Shown one piece after another: positions 9,801 to 17,943 of a stretch of DNA of 64,000 nucleotides. The notes beneath the pieces were generated by a model. The model searched no databases. It was not told where the DNA came from and worked only from the letters and a program-made list of their open reading frames with translations. The stretch is from positions 124,001 to 188,000 of the IMG/VR virus record IMGVR_UViG_3300042484_002457, one strand, 5' to 3'. The stretch's first letter is position 1. The number at the start of each line of letters is the position of its first letter. The translations under genes were made by a program, and so were the position numbers.

Positions 9801-10014
9801 GGTAGCTTTTGATGCCGACGGCGAAGGTGCTACACAAACTGATGGCTTGGACGAAGGCGAGAAAGTTGGCAACATGGATGCTGATGCATTTGATGCTGCC
9901 ATGGCCCGCCTTAAAAAGCTAGCAGGCGCAGGACCAATGAAAACAGTTTATGACCCCAACAAACGTGTGTATCGTAATGTGCCCACAGCAGTTCAACCAG
10001 GTACCAAAAAATGA
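6847..10014 (+). CDS. modular polyprotein (putative packaged internal protein) with QGVAEG-linked modules including a CxxCxGxG zinc finger, a GNAT domain, and a Tat signal plus TolA/TonB C-terminal domain
   Basis: 1055-aa ORF; eight Q/E-GVAEG linkers; CKRCHGKG...CGKCDGIG; VYPEFKGKGFGKLL; DRRGFLKG; SSGNSEWDQAVIDAV. Confidence 0.8.
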   Translation: MLLNHLFENRPGGTLNEFAPAGGGGNRMGGGRIGGGGDDDGAGDDPYKYPQPDHYSRSIDFFGRFEADHFDDEEFDKATGEFRGYWDDQEGRDQIAYFKFDNPRRTGDDDPGMGWYYEPQNESMAEAQTEPEQQQIDANRQAALRREREPGGSEKIDAQLAQQNAQRQEYERTGNFWLKRKDTQEHISDEFVGKAAAVAAAQDLLKQQPDLRGNIVITAYGPGETQGVAEGFKNMYAEFSGYGNYMQGRAVNVFNKAGLEIVSKDYTEDDDIQTYVVKGDRQAIEKAGEFLERNPEQFGGYHFVKQGVAEGGYPEVDHMPGPTIKRTQTGCKRCHGKGYVYKTPDGEVHPMNRPDAKKYKCGKCDGIGFVKVAEQGVAEGSQDNGISFRVQKGKNKFVTTMTVNNEQVGVYQYDATTGRSIAEVYPEFKGKGFGKLLVLHAIYTAAKLGLDFQEDESRTAEYDNVLDSLSSNSYIVDDDGYWYVTGEGEQYLQQSLKQGVAEGKRMKTASGMYRDQHTGVAYRGKTGQDGNDSYMTPDYLIQKYQERLAQIASGPYKRPKEVAQLKSRIAKLQGQQGVAEGAPIVVAQAPIHIRNPKKQQSRQDKPLTAYQQGVAAQGKPYKNPHPFDPKAGADVNYDHNQYRAGYKKQGVAEGSLEEIDRRGFLKGMGAAAVAGTGLSPMPAKAWFFFIIPLPNTNPDAAANACMPPTVQVGQQVNFQNELQVIQKIHGVSNRCQNPNMPVAVTIGKPEPVQAPVVKEPPNQKTPPNYASRIIARIRPNIHYSGDTSGNPRAEIEVRVSSDGTITGVKLEKSSGNSEWDQAVIDAVKKTQTMPLDSTGNVPSIMIMGFRPMDNQSLQRESVDQGVAEGGEKDRQWSNKDMERLRVATRDFDDIMASDGPDQTKHDLIKKRIQTKPMAGPKGVLPEEGVAEGGYSGIDDTDTVGFSVNSERAYNAVMARFGDQIDHDETSGILYVPARLWPKVEMVAFDADGEGATQTDGLDEGEKVGNMDADAFDAAMARLKKLAGAGPMKTVYDPNKRVYRNVPTAVQPGTKK
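7522..9642 (+). repeat. eight dispersed in-frame direct repeats, consensus CAAGGTGTGGCGGAAGGC
   Basis: Copies start at 7522, 7762, 7969, 8338, 8572, 8791, 9436 and 9625; 14-nt core GGTGTGGCGGAAGG is invariant; periods 240/207/369/234/219/645/189 nt. Confidence 0.95.
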
Positions 10015-10166
10015 GAAGCACTGCTAACGGTCGTGTTATAAGAACACTGCCTGGCGCTACAAAACCTGAAGCTCCTGTACAACCTCAGCAGCCCCAGGCC
10101 CGGATCAAACGAGCTATGCCAATAGCAGCGCTACTACAAAGTCATAGATTCAGACTAAACCCATGA
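10011..10166 (+). CDS. small hypothetical protein (51 aa, not in ORF track)
   Basis: ATGA overlaps at both ends; MRSTANGRVIRTLPG... Confidence 0.5.
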   Translation: MRSTANGRVIRTLPGATKPEAPVQPQQPQARIKRAMPIAALLQSHRFRLNP

Positions 10167-10597
10167 GAAATTTTATCAATCTAATAGAAGCAGTGCAATC
10201 TGGTTGCCCACCAGCTACCCAGAGCATTGAATTGAATCTAAAAAATCGTCAAAAAGCCATTGAAGAATACCATTATGGTCCGTTGAATCCCAACGAGCCC
10301 AATCAAGAATACTGGGCTGAATTGGCTGACAAATGGAACACCAATGACATTGAATCAGTCAAAAACAACCGCTGCGGAAATTGTGCTGCATTTGATATCA
10401 CAGACAAAATGCTAGACTGTATTGCCAAAGGCATTGGCTCAGAGCCTGGGTCAGACCCACAAGGCACAATTGATGCTGGCGATTTAGGCTATTGTAAGTT
10501 TTTGAAATTCAAGTGTGCTGCACTGCGCACCTGTGATGCCTGGGTTGAAGGCGGCCCTGTAACAGATAAAAAAGATGAGAGCACAAGAATTCGTTGA
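10163..10597 (+). CDS. Cys-rich hypothetical protein
   Basis: CGNC...GYC...KC...TCDAW; N-terminus MRNFINLIE. Confidence 0.7.
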   Translation: MRNFINLIEAVQSGCPPATQSIELNLKNRQKAIEEYHYGPLNPNEPNQEYWAELADKWNTNDIESVKNNRCGNCAAFDITDKMLDCIAKGIGSEPGSDPQGTIDAGDLGYCKFLKFKCAALRTCDAWVEGGPVTDKKDESTRIR

Positions 10598-10871
10598 AGC
10601 TGATCTGGGTACTAACCCACGTAGAGCAGCCCGACAAGGGTCAAGACCTCCACGCGGGCACAACCCTGTGCCGCGCTATCGTAGTAAAAAAGCCGAGCCT
10701 GACCAGGAACAACTGGACGAGCTGATGTTCATGAACATGAGTCCCTGCAAAACTGACTGCTCGGGACACAGAGCAGGCTACAAATGGAGCAAGGATCGCG
10801 GCGGTGTCAGCACTGCGTCCTGGAGCGACAGCTTTAATCGCGGTGCTGAAATAGCCCGAGCAGGCTATTAA
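10575..10871 (+). CDS. hypothetical protein, putative internal head protein
   Basis: N-terminus MRAQEFVE; CKTDCSGHRAGYKW module after LDE. Confidence 0.7.
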   Translation: MRAQEFVEADLGTNPRRAARQGSRPPRGHNPVPRYRSKKAEPDQEQLDELMFMNMSPCKTDCSGHRAGYKWSKDRGGVSTASWSDSFNRGAEIARAGY

Positions 10872-11602
10872 CGTCGAGTATAAACAAAATACAACCTACC
10901 CAGTTCGGTAGGTTCTTTTTTGAATGTGTCTAGATTCAAGTTGTATTTTTCTGCAAACGCATTAACAACTTCAAAGCTCCAGGGAAAGATATCCACATAC
11001 GGGCCTGTTCGGTGTGGAATTCCTGGGTTGGCTCGCAAAAAGAATTTGCCACCTGGGCGCAAGAGATTCACACAGTGCGAGAATCTTTCTTCAATTTCAT
11101 CCTGTGAATTAAAGTTGATACTGCCCAGCGCAATGATCACGTCGTAGCTCTCAGGTTTTACTTTGTAATCCAGTATATCTACTTCATAATCAGCAGCGTC
11201 ATTGTAAGGATCAATGCCAACAATATTGTTGATACGCCCCTTGAATGGATGATAGCCGCAACCTACATCTAAGACTTTTTCTGGATTCAGCTTGTTAACT
11301 TCGTCAGCTAGTTCCCAGCCTGTGTGTTCGTAGTCGCCTGTACGCGGCTTCCAGATTTCTGCAAAAAATCGCAATATGTAACGCTCGCTAAGATCATCAA
11401 CAATGTCTTTTAGGGTGCCCACGTAATCACATGGCAGATGTAGCTCTGCTTCTACTGCGTCTTTGAATTTGCGATATCGAGCCGGAGTCCATGGCAACGA
11501 ATCTACAACAGTATTTGCATCGATTGCAATGTTTGCATACTTGGGTAAAGCAAATGCAGTCTGCAAATTTTTTATTAAGAGAGAAAAAATTTTGTTATTC
11601 AT
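10868..11602 (-). CDS. class I SAM-dependent methyltransferase
   Basis: VLDVGCG, GIDPY, YDVIIALGS, LLRPGG. Confidence 0.85.
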   Translation of the reverse strand: MNNKIFSLLIKNLQTAFALPKYANIAIDANTVVDSLPWTPARYRKFKDAVEAELHLPCDYVGTLKDIVDDLSERYILRFFAEIWKPRTGDYEHTGWELADEVNKLNPEKVLDVGCGYHPFKGRINNIVGIDPYNDAADYEVDILDYKVKPESYDVIIALGSINFNSQDEIEERFSHCVNLLRPGGKFFLRANPGIPHRTGPYVDIFPWSFEVVNAFAEKYNLNLDTFKKEPTELGRLYFVYTRR

Positions 11603-11692
11603 AAATATTTTGGTATATACAGTAGAAATTTTACAGGGAATAGTAAAAAATTATAACCTCCCTGGATAATTTATTATATTTAAGGAAACAAC

Positions 11693-12661
11693 ATGAACCT
11701 CAAAAAATTATTAGCAACATTTGCTGTTGCACTTCCGATGCTAGCATTAGCATTTACACCGCCCAAAGTGGTTAACGTCACTGTGGGATATGCACCCGGA
11801 TCTGGTAACGAAACCTCATTTAGGGGAGTTGCAGCCATTGTAGAAAAAGCCAACCCAAACATCACATTTGTAGTTACAAATCGCCCAGGCGCTGACGAAG
11901 TAGTAGCACTAAACCATTTTATGAAACTGCCTGGTGATGGACACAATCTGTATATTAGTAGTCAGCAAGGGGTTTTTACCACTATCGAACAGTGGTATCC
12001 GGATCAGATCAAATTCAACCCGCTGGACATGGAATTGGTCACAACTATTGCTAAATCTCCATTGGCTGTGATTGCCAATATTGATTCTCCTACTAACACT
12101 CCGCAAGAATTACTAGCACGTCTCAAGAACACTAACAAGCCTATTACATTTGGTCTAGGTGCTGGCGCTCACAAGCTGGTGTTTGAATACTTGATGGATC
12201 GAGGCCAAGGCAACCACAATCAAGTCAAGTCTGTGATGTATCGTGGTCCTGCACAAGCCGCACAGGACGTGGCTGGCAATCAGGTAGAGTTTGGAATCAT
12301 GCCTACAGCAGTGGCCTATGGTCTTTATAAAGCAGGAAAAATCAAGTATATTGCATTAGCATCAGAATTTAAACTGACTCAACTGCCTAACGTGCCACTG
12401 TGGAAAGATTCTGGCATGCCCGGTCTGAACATTTATGGTGCTTGGATGATTGCACTACCACCGGGAACTCCTAAGGAAATAGTAAAGTATTATCAGGACT
12501 TGTTTGTGCCAGCCATTAGATCAGCCGACGCCAAACAGTTTTTTGATTCAAACTTGATGTTTCCGGTACCTGCTGAGCAGAGTCCTGAAGGAGCTCGAAA
12601 GTTCATAATGAGTATTCGAGAAACCTGGATCCCATATGTGAAGAAAATGAAGTTAGATTAA
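11693..12661 (+). CDS. Bug/TctC tripartite tricarboxylate transporter substrate-binding protein
   Basis: Signal peptide; VGYAPGSG, VVTNRPGA, DGHNL, YRGPAQAAQDVAGNQV, LPNVP, PPGTPKEIV. Confidence 0.88.
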   Translation: MNLKKLLATFAVALPMLALAFTPPKVVNVTVGYAPGSGNETSFRGVAAIVEKANPNITFVVTNRPGADEVVALNHFMKLPGDGHNLYISSQQGVFTTIEQWYPDQIKFNPLDMELVTTIAKSPLAVIANIDSPTNTPQELLARLKNTNKPITFGLGAGAHKLVFEYLMDRGQGNHNQVKSVMYRGPAQAAQDVAGNQVEFGIMPTAVAYGLYKAGKIKYIALASEFKLTQLPNVPLWKDSGMPGLNIYGAWMIALPPGTPKEIVKYYQDLFVPAIRSADAKQFFDSNLMFPVPAEQSPEGARKFIMSIRETWIPYVKKMKLD

Positions 12662-13290
12662 TGAAATATATTTTTGTAGCCGGTGCACCAGGCAGTAAAT
12701 GGAGCAGTGTAGTTAAAAACATTTACTACAGTCCAGACATTGATCGCAGTGATTATAGAGATGAATGGACTTATTACCACGATGCATCAGGCAAAGAAGA
12801 GCTCATGCATTTAGGTGCATACTTTGATCCTGGTATGGCTTGCCCACTGCCTGATGATCTATCAGTGATGAGTAAAAAAGAAGCGGAGGCCAGTTTTGAT
12901 TATCCTTTTAACCTGAACTCTAAAGGAGTTAGAATTATCAAGAGTCATATTTTCTCGTATAAAGAAAACCTGGAATACCTTAGAAAACAATGGCCTGACT
13001 GTGCCATTGTACTGGTTCACCGCGGCGATGATTCTTGCCTGGGTTGGTGGGTAAAATGTGGACATTTTGACATTACCTATCCTGACTATTCAGAGTACTA
13101 TCAAGACCTGAAACACATGGCACAAATAATTAAAAAACAAAATGCTGGTATCTTATCAGCATGGTGGAAACACGAAGGCAAAGTAGTCACAGACAATCTT
13201 CAACTTGCCCAGGCATTACGAATTGAAGCGGCACCTACGGAATATTCCCAGGACTATGTGGTATCAAATGTGAGCGTAAAAGTAATATGA
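12661..13290 (+). CDS. P-loop/sulfotransferase-like protein
   Basis: YIFVAGAPGSKWS at N-terminus, IIKSH, IVLVHR. Confidence 0.5.
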   Translation: MKYIFVAGAPGSKWSSVVKNIYYSPDIDRSDYRDEWTYYHDASGKEELMHLGAYFDPGMACPLPDDLSVMSKKEAEASFDYPFNLNSKGVRIIKSHIFSYKENLEYLRKQWPDCAIVLVHRGDDSCLGWWVKCGHFDITYPDYSEYYQDLKHMAQIIKKQNAGILSAWWKHEGKVVTDNLQLAQALRIEAAPTEYSQDYVVSNVSVKVI

Positions 13291-13946
13291 TAACAGAAGA
13301 ATTCAAAAGCAGTTGGGACTTTACCAAGAGCTACAGTACATACCATTTTGACCCTACAGTTAAAGACACACAGCAATCAGCGTTCACACAGCTAGGGCGT
13401 ATAAACCCCACATGGCTGGATGACATTGCTGACGTAGTGGCTAACTCGCGGCCTGCCACCTGGGAAACACGTGGCTACAAAGGCGAGGGTGTGCCTCCAC
13501 CGCGTGAAGATTTAATTGCCGAAGAGTATGACATTGAGCGTGTGGGTGCAGATCCCAAAATGATCATTACGCATCTGAATTGGCGCATACCTGATTCATT
13601 GAAATGGATCACTGAAGCATTTGCATTAGATGACTGCATGGAACGCATACACGTACAACAGCCTGGCGAAGTGTGGAATCTGCATATAGATAAACTGCAA
13701 AAGTGGTCACCGGAAGATCCTTCTAAAGTAGGACGCTATTTTGTTCAGCTCACAGACTGGCAACCAGGACAGTTTTGGGAGTATGGTAACTATCACTGGA
13801 ATCAATGGCGTGCCGGAGATGTCAGCACATTTGACTGGGCCAACATGCCACACAGCACTGCCAATGCTGGACATCACCCCAGAGTTACATTTCAGTTAAC
13901 TGGGGTTATTACTGATCAGACTCGAGCCTTTTTAGCCACACTATGA
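13287..13946 (+). CDS. 2OG-Fe(II) oxygenase / cupin-like protein
   Basis: LHID (HxD), PHSTAN, RVTFQLT. Confidence 0.65.
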   Translation: MITEEFKSSWDFTKSYSTYHFDPTVKDTQQSAFTQLGRINPTWLDDIADVVANSRPATWETRGYKGEGVPPPREDLIAEEYDIERVGADPKMIITHLNWRIPDSLKWITEAFALDDCMERIHVQQPGEVWNLHIDKLQKWSPEDPSKVGRYFVQLTDWQPGQFWEYGNYHWNQWRAGDVSTFDWANMPHSTANAGHHPRVTFQLTGVITDQTRAFLATL

Positions 13947-14569
13947 AAACAATGTTGATTTTAACAGGCCCTCAGGGGTCAGGAAATCATTTGTGGAGCA
14001 AGATATTTGCCCTGCATCCTCAAGTACAAGGCTGGAGCGAACTCAACAGCACATACTGGATAGGGCATGATCAAGAACCTTTTGCAGACTGCTGGGCCGA
14101 TCCTGACTTGTTACAGCAACGGGATTGGAGTTCTAGCAATTATTATGTAACAGGCGTAAGCACACCCTACATGCTCAACGGTGAATGCACAGTGCCTGAC
14201 ATTGTGCGCTTTGCTGCCACTGTAATGGGCCAGGGTATCCGTGTAAAAATTGCTATTATTGGCCGTGACCGCAACATATTAACATACCAGGAAACTCGTG
14301 TGCGTGGTGAGACTACATTTGAAATTGCTCAAAAAGAATTTGAACTTTTGCGCACTTGGAGCCCAGTGTTTTTAAGTTATGAATTACTGCATCTTTATCG
14401 AGATCTTTATCTACAACAGTTAAGTGATCAATTGGAATTTCCTATTGATTATGACAATCCTGCTGTGGATATTATTCTGCAGGATGACACAAACAGTAAA
14501 TATTTTAAGCCAGTGCTACATCATGCCACTGATGATCTAGCAAGACATACTTCAAGAAAATGGCGATGA
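13943..14569 (+). CDS. sulfotransferase-like P-loop protein
   Basis: LILTGPQGSGNHLW, IIGRD, LSYE. Confidence 0.5.
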   Translation: MKTMLILTGPQGSGNHLWSKIFALHPQVQGWSELNSTYWIGHDQEPFADCWADPDLLQQRDWSSSNYYVTGVSTPYMLNGECTVPDIVRFAATVMGQGIRVKIAIIGRDRNILTYQETRVRGETTFEIAQKEFELLRTWSPVFLSYELLHLYRDLYLQQLSDQLEFPIDYDNPAVDIILQDDTNSKYFKPVLHHATDDLARHTSRKWR

Positions 14570-15438
14570 CTAAACCAACTTTTTTACCAGAGTTATATTT
14601 GCCTTCGAGAGTCGATCAGCACTGGAACGAGTCTGGAATAGACAACATTAAATGGTGCAGGGATCGTGAACATTTTTTGTCATACCCACACCAGGTTGAA
14701 TATCATTATAACAGTCGAGGATTCAGAGATGCGGAATGGCCCGATGATATGCTTGAACTCAAAGAAGCTGTTTGGTGTATAGGGGACAGTTTTACGGTTG
14801 GTATTGGTAGTCCGGTGGAATTTACTTGGCCCCATCGGTTGTCAGTTGCAATTAATAAACGCACTATAAATGTCAGCATGGATGGCGCCAGTAACCAGTG
14901 GATAGCAAGAATTGCACAACATATTATCTCGGCTGTTGACCCTAAGAAAATAGTAATCATGTGGAGTTATACTCACCGTCGAGAACACAGTAATATGCTA
15001 CTAGACGACGAACATCGTAGAACACAGTTTATAAAAGCAACTGTTCAAGAAGACCTGGACAATTTGTTAGCTTGTAAAAAGCAAGTTGATTTGGTGGCCA
15101 GCAATGCTGTTGTGAATTTTGCAATCCCCGGCGCACATTCGGGCGTGTTGTTTAGTGTAACAGAGTGTTGGAATAAAATTCGAGATCCCAGCTGGCCCGT
15201 TGACGCTCCTGCTACTGCGGCTGAATTTATGGCATTGCCTTCAGACATATTGCTAGAAATAAAAAATTTACATAAACTCCAGGATGATATTCAAAACACC
15301 CTGGAGTTTGCACACTTTTTAAAAACTCAACATAATATTATGCCGGTTCAGCGGCTGGATATTGCACGAGATGGTCATCATTTTGACAAAATCACTGCTG
15401 ACTGGGTGGCGCAACAAGCTGTGTATTGCCTGGAGTGA
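14560..15438 (+). CDS. SGNH/GDSL-like protein
   Basis: CIGDSFTVG, GASN, C-terminal RDGHH. Confidence 0.6.
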   Translation: MAMTKPTFLPELYLPSRVDQHWNESGIDNIKWCRDREHFLSYPHQVEYHYNSRGFRDAEWPDDMLELKEAVWCIGDSFTVGIGSPVEFTWPHRLSVAINKRTINVSMDGASNQWIARIAQHIISAVDPKKIVIMWSYTHRREHSNMLLDDEHRRTQFIKATVQEDLDNLLACKKQVDLVASNAVVNFAIPGAHSGVLFSVTECWNKIRDPSWPVDAPATAAEFMALPSDILLEIKNLHKLQDDIQNTLEFAHFLKTQHNIMPVQRLDIARDGHHFDKITADWVAQQAVYCLE

Positions 15439-16633
15439 TAATAGATTTCCAAAATTGATCTTCAGTTTGTGTGCAGTCTTCAAACGTCTGATCAGTCATA
15501 GGTGAGGCAATGTCTGTGTTACAGCTGGCCCATTTGTTGTAAACCTCGACTAGCGCATCAAAGTTTTTTATTATTTTTCTTTTTTCGGTCAATGTTTGTT
15601 TTTTAATAGGCGGACCGTTTATCATAATGCCCAGCTCAATCATTTGATTTATAGTTTTTTGAGCCAACGCATATCCAGGTTTATAAGGCTCCAAGCACTG
15701 TTGTGTTTCTTGACTTAGTACAGAAATTATTCCTTCTCGACGTACAATATCTTGTGTCCACTGTTGTTTAATAGTAGCCGGAAGATTATCAATATCAGTA
15801 GATGAATGAACTGCCGGCCACTGGGCATGAGCATGTTGTTGATAGTCATTGACTAGGTCTAGGTCTGACGATATGAGTTTGTTTGCGGTGCTGTTGGTAC
15901 CCAGTGGCAGGCTGTTTATATCACTGCGAACATAATGCATTTGATTCCAGGAATTAAAACTTATTCCAAAATTCTTTTGCCAGGTAATTTTATTGGATTG
16001 ACTCGAAAATATTGGAAGGTCCAATATAAACTGTTCTAGTCTAGGAACATCTTGTTCGTAATTAAAGTATGTTCCAACGTCAAAGTACTGATTACTCCAT
16101 TGGATATACTGTTTGTAAGCATTTAATTGAGTGACAAATACCTGAGGATCTAGTGTTACTCCTGACTTGTATATTTCGTAAAAAGCATCAATTTTTTCAT
16201 ACGCATCGTATACATTTAACTTTTTGGTAATTTTATTAAGTGTCATGCTGATTCCGTGCTCAAAAACATTGGCACGTTTGCAAGCAATTATATAAAAGTT
16301 TTCATTGATATACTTGTAAAATGGAATCTGTTGTTCAACGCTGTCGCCGCGTTGTTTAATATGATAATGTGCAAGTCTTGATGTTTTGTAGTGATCAACA
16401 GTGTCTAGTAGTTCAGCTATTTCTTGAAGACTCTGATGATACCCCCATTTGGTATGCTTTTTACCAATTAGCTCTCTATTGAATTCGGGGCTGTAGTATG
16501 TTGACAACCCGTTTGTTAATTCGTGTAAATTAATAGTTGGACGATCAAACTCATGAAATTGCATGTATATAGTGATCATTCGTTGAAGCAGTGTGCTGCC
16601 TACTGCGTCAGGGGTTAAAATTAATACGTTCAT
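15392..16633 (-). CDS. sulfotransferase-like protein
   Basis: VLILTPDAVGSTLL, KRANVFEHGIS, FNYE; start reassigned to ATG 16633. Confidence 0.5.
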   Translation of the reverse strand: MNVLILTPDAVGSTLLQRMITIYMQFHEFDRPTINLHELTNGLSTYYSPEFNRELIGKKHTKWGYHQSLQEIAELLDTVDHYKTSRLAHYHIKQRGDSVEQQIPFYKYINENFYIIACKRANVFEHGISMTLNKITKKLNVYDAYEKIDAFYEIYKSGVTLDPQVFVTQLNAYKQYIQWSNQYFDVGTYFNYEQDVPRLEQFILDLPIFSSQSNKITWQKNFGISFNSWNQMHYVRSDINSLPLGTNSTANKLISSDLDLVNDYQQHAHAQWPAVHSSTDIDNLPATIKQQWTQDIVRREGIISVLSQETQQCLEPYKPGYALAQKTINQMIELGIMINGPPIKKQTLTEKRKIIKNFDALVEVYNKWASCNTDIASPMTDQTFEDCTQTEDQFWKSIITPGNTQLVAPPSQQ

Positions 16634-16656
16634 AAAATTACTTAGTAAATAACAAT

Positions 16657-17451
16657 ATGACACAACGTATTTTAATCATGGGCCTTCCAGGGGCCGGCAA
16701 AACATATCTGGCACAACACATTGTGGACCATTTGCAAGCAGACAAGAAACGAGTGGGTTGGCTCAATGCTGATGATGTACGCAAAAAATACAACGACTGG
16801 GATTTTAGTTCCGAAGGTCGTATCAGACAAAGTCTGCGTATGCGTGAACTTGCAGACGCAATGACTGACTGTGATTACGTAATTTGCGACTTTGTTGCGC
16901 CTTTAGTTGAAATGCGTAATAACTTCAAAGCTGATTGGACTATTTGGGTTGACACTATCGACAAAGGCCGTTACGAAGATACTAACAAAGCCTTTATTCC
17001 ACCTGAAGTTTACGACTTCCGCATCACAGAACAGCATAGCGAAAAGTGGGGTGAATTTGTTGCCGCACATATTTTAGATAATCGTCGCAGACCTGTGTTT
17101 GATTGGCAAAAAGAAACTGTTCAGATGTTAGGGCGTTGGCAACCGTGGCATGCTGGGCATCGTGCGCTGTTTGAACGTGCTATTGCAAAGACAGGACAAG
17201 TTGTTATTCAGATCCGCGACTGTCAAGGTTGGCAGGGCAGTAACCCATTTGAAATTGAAAAAGTCAAATCATTTATTCGCCGTGATTTAGATATGGTTTA
17301 TCAAGGCCAATACGAAATTCAAGTTGTTCCTAATATTGTTAACATCACATATGGGCGTGATGTTGGCTATCGCATAGAGCAAGAAGTCTTTGATGCAGCC
17401 ACCCATGCTATCAGCGCCACACAAATCAGACGAGATCTTGGACTAGCCTAA
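16657..17451 (+). CDS. adenylylsulfate kinase (CysC-like) fused to a cytidylyltransferase-like HxGH domain
   Basis: GLPGAGKT, LNADDVR, DFSSEGRIRQ, DFVAP; C-terminal GRWQPWHAGH. Confidence 0.8.
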   Translation: MTQRILIMGLPGAGKTYLAQHIVDHLQADKKRVGWLNADDVRKKYNDWDFSSEGRIRQSLRMRELADAMTDCDYVICDFVAPLVEMRNNFKADWTIWVDTIDKGRYEDTNKAFIPPEVYDFRITEQHSEKWGEFVAAHILDNRRRPVFDWQKETVQMLGRWQPWHAGHRALFERAIAKTGQVVIQIRDCQGWQGSNPFEIEKVKSFIRRDLDMVYQGQYEIQVVPNIVNITYGRDVGYRIEQEVFDAATHAISATQIRRDLGLA

Positions 17452-17475
17452 TTGTAAGAAGTGCTAAATATCTCT

Positions 17476-17943
17476 ATGTGGATTTTGCACTTTCTTCCTG
17501 ACGCTGTAATACTGTGGTTCACCAACCTGTTGCTGTTTGCGGGTGTTGCACTCACAGTGGCTGGATTTTTTATTCATCGAATTCCGTCCCCGTTGATATA
17601 TCAGTATCAATTGCCATTCAAAATAGTAGGCGTTGTTCTGCTGGTACTGGGCGTGTATTTTCGTGGCGGCTATGCTATAGAAATAACCTGGCGCGAGCGT
17701 GTGGCAGAAGTAGAAGCCCAGTTGCGAGTTGCTGAACAACAATCAGCTCAAGAAAACACACGTATAGAAACTCGAGTAGTTAAAAAGACCGAATACATCA
17801 CACGTCGCGGATCAGATATTGTTCAGTATGTTGACCGTGAAATCGTCCGGTATGACACCAAGTTTGCTCCTGGCGGACAGTGTGAAATACCACGAGAATT
17901 TATCAAGGCCCACAATCAGGCCGCTGAGGCACCACCCAAATGA
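17476..17943 (+). CDS. putative inner-membrane spanin (Rz-like)
   Basis: N-terminal TM helices, coiled coil and C-terminal Cys; near endolysin and lipoprotein genes. Confidence 0.55.
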   Translation: MWILHFLPDAVILWFTNLLLFAGVALTVAGFFIHRIPSPLIYQYQLPFKIVGVVLLVLGVYFRGGYAIEITWRERVAEVEAQLRVAEQQSAQENTRIETRVVKKTEYITRRGSDIVQYVDREIVRYDTKFAPGGQCEIPREFIKAHNQAAEAPPK

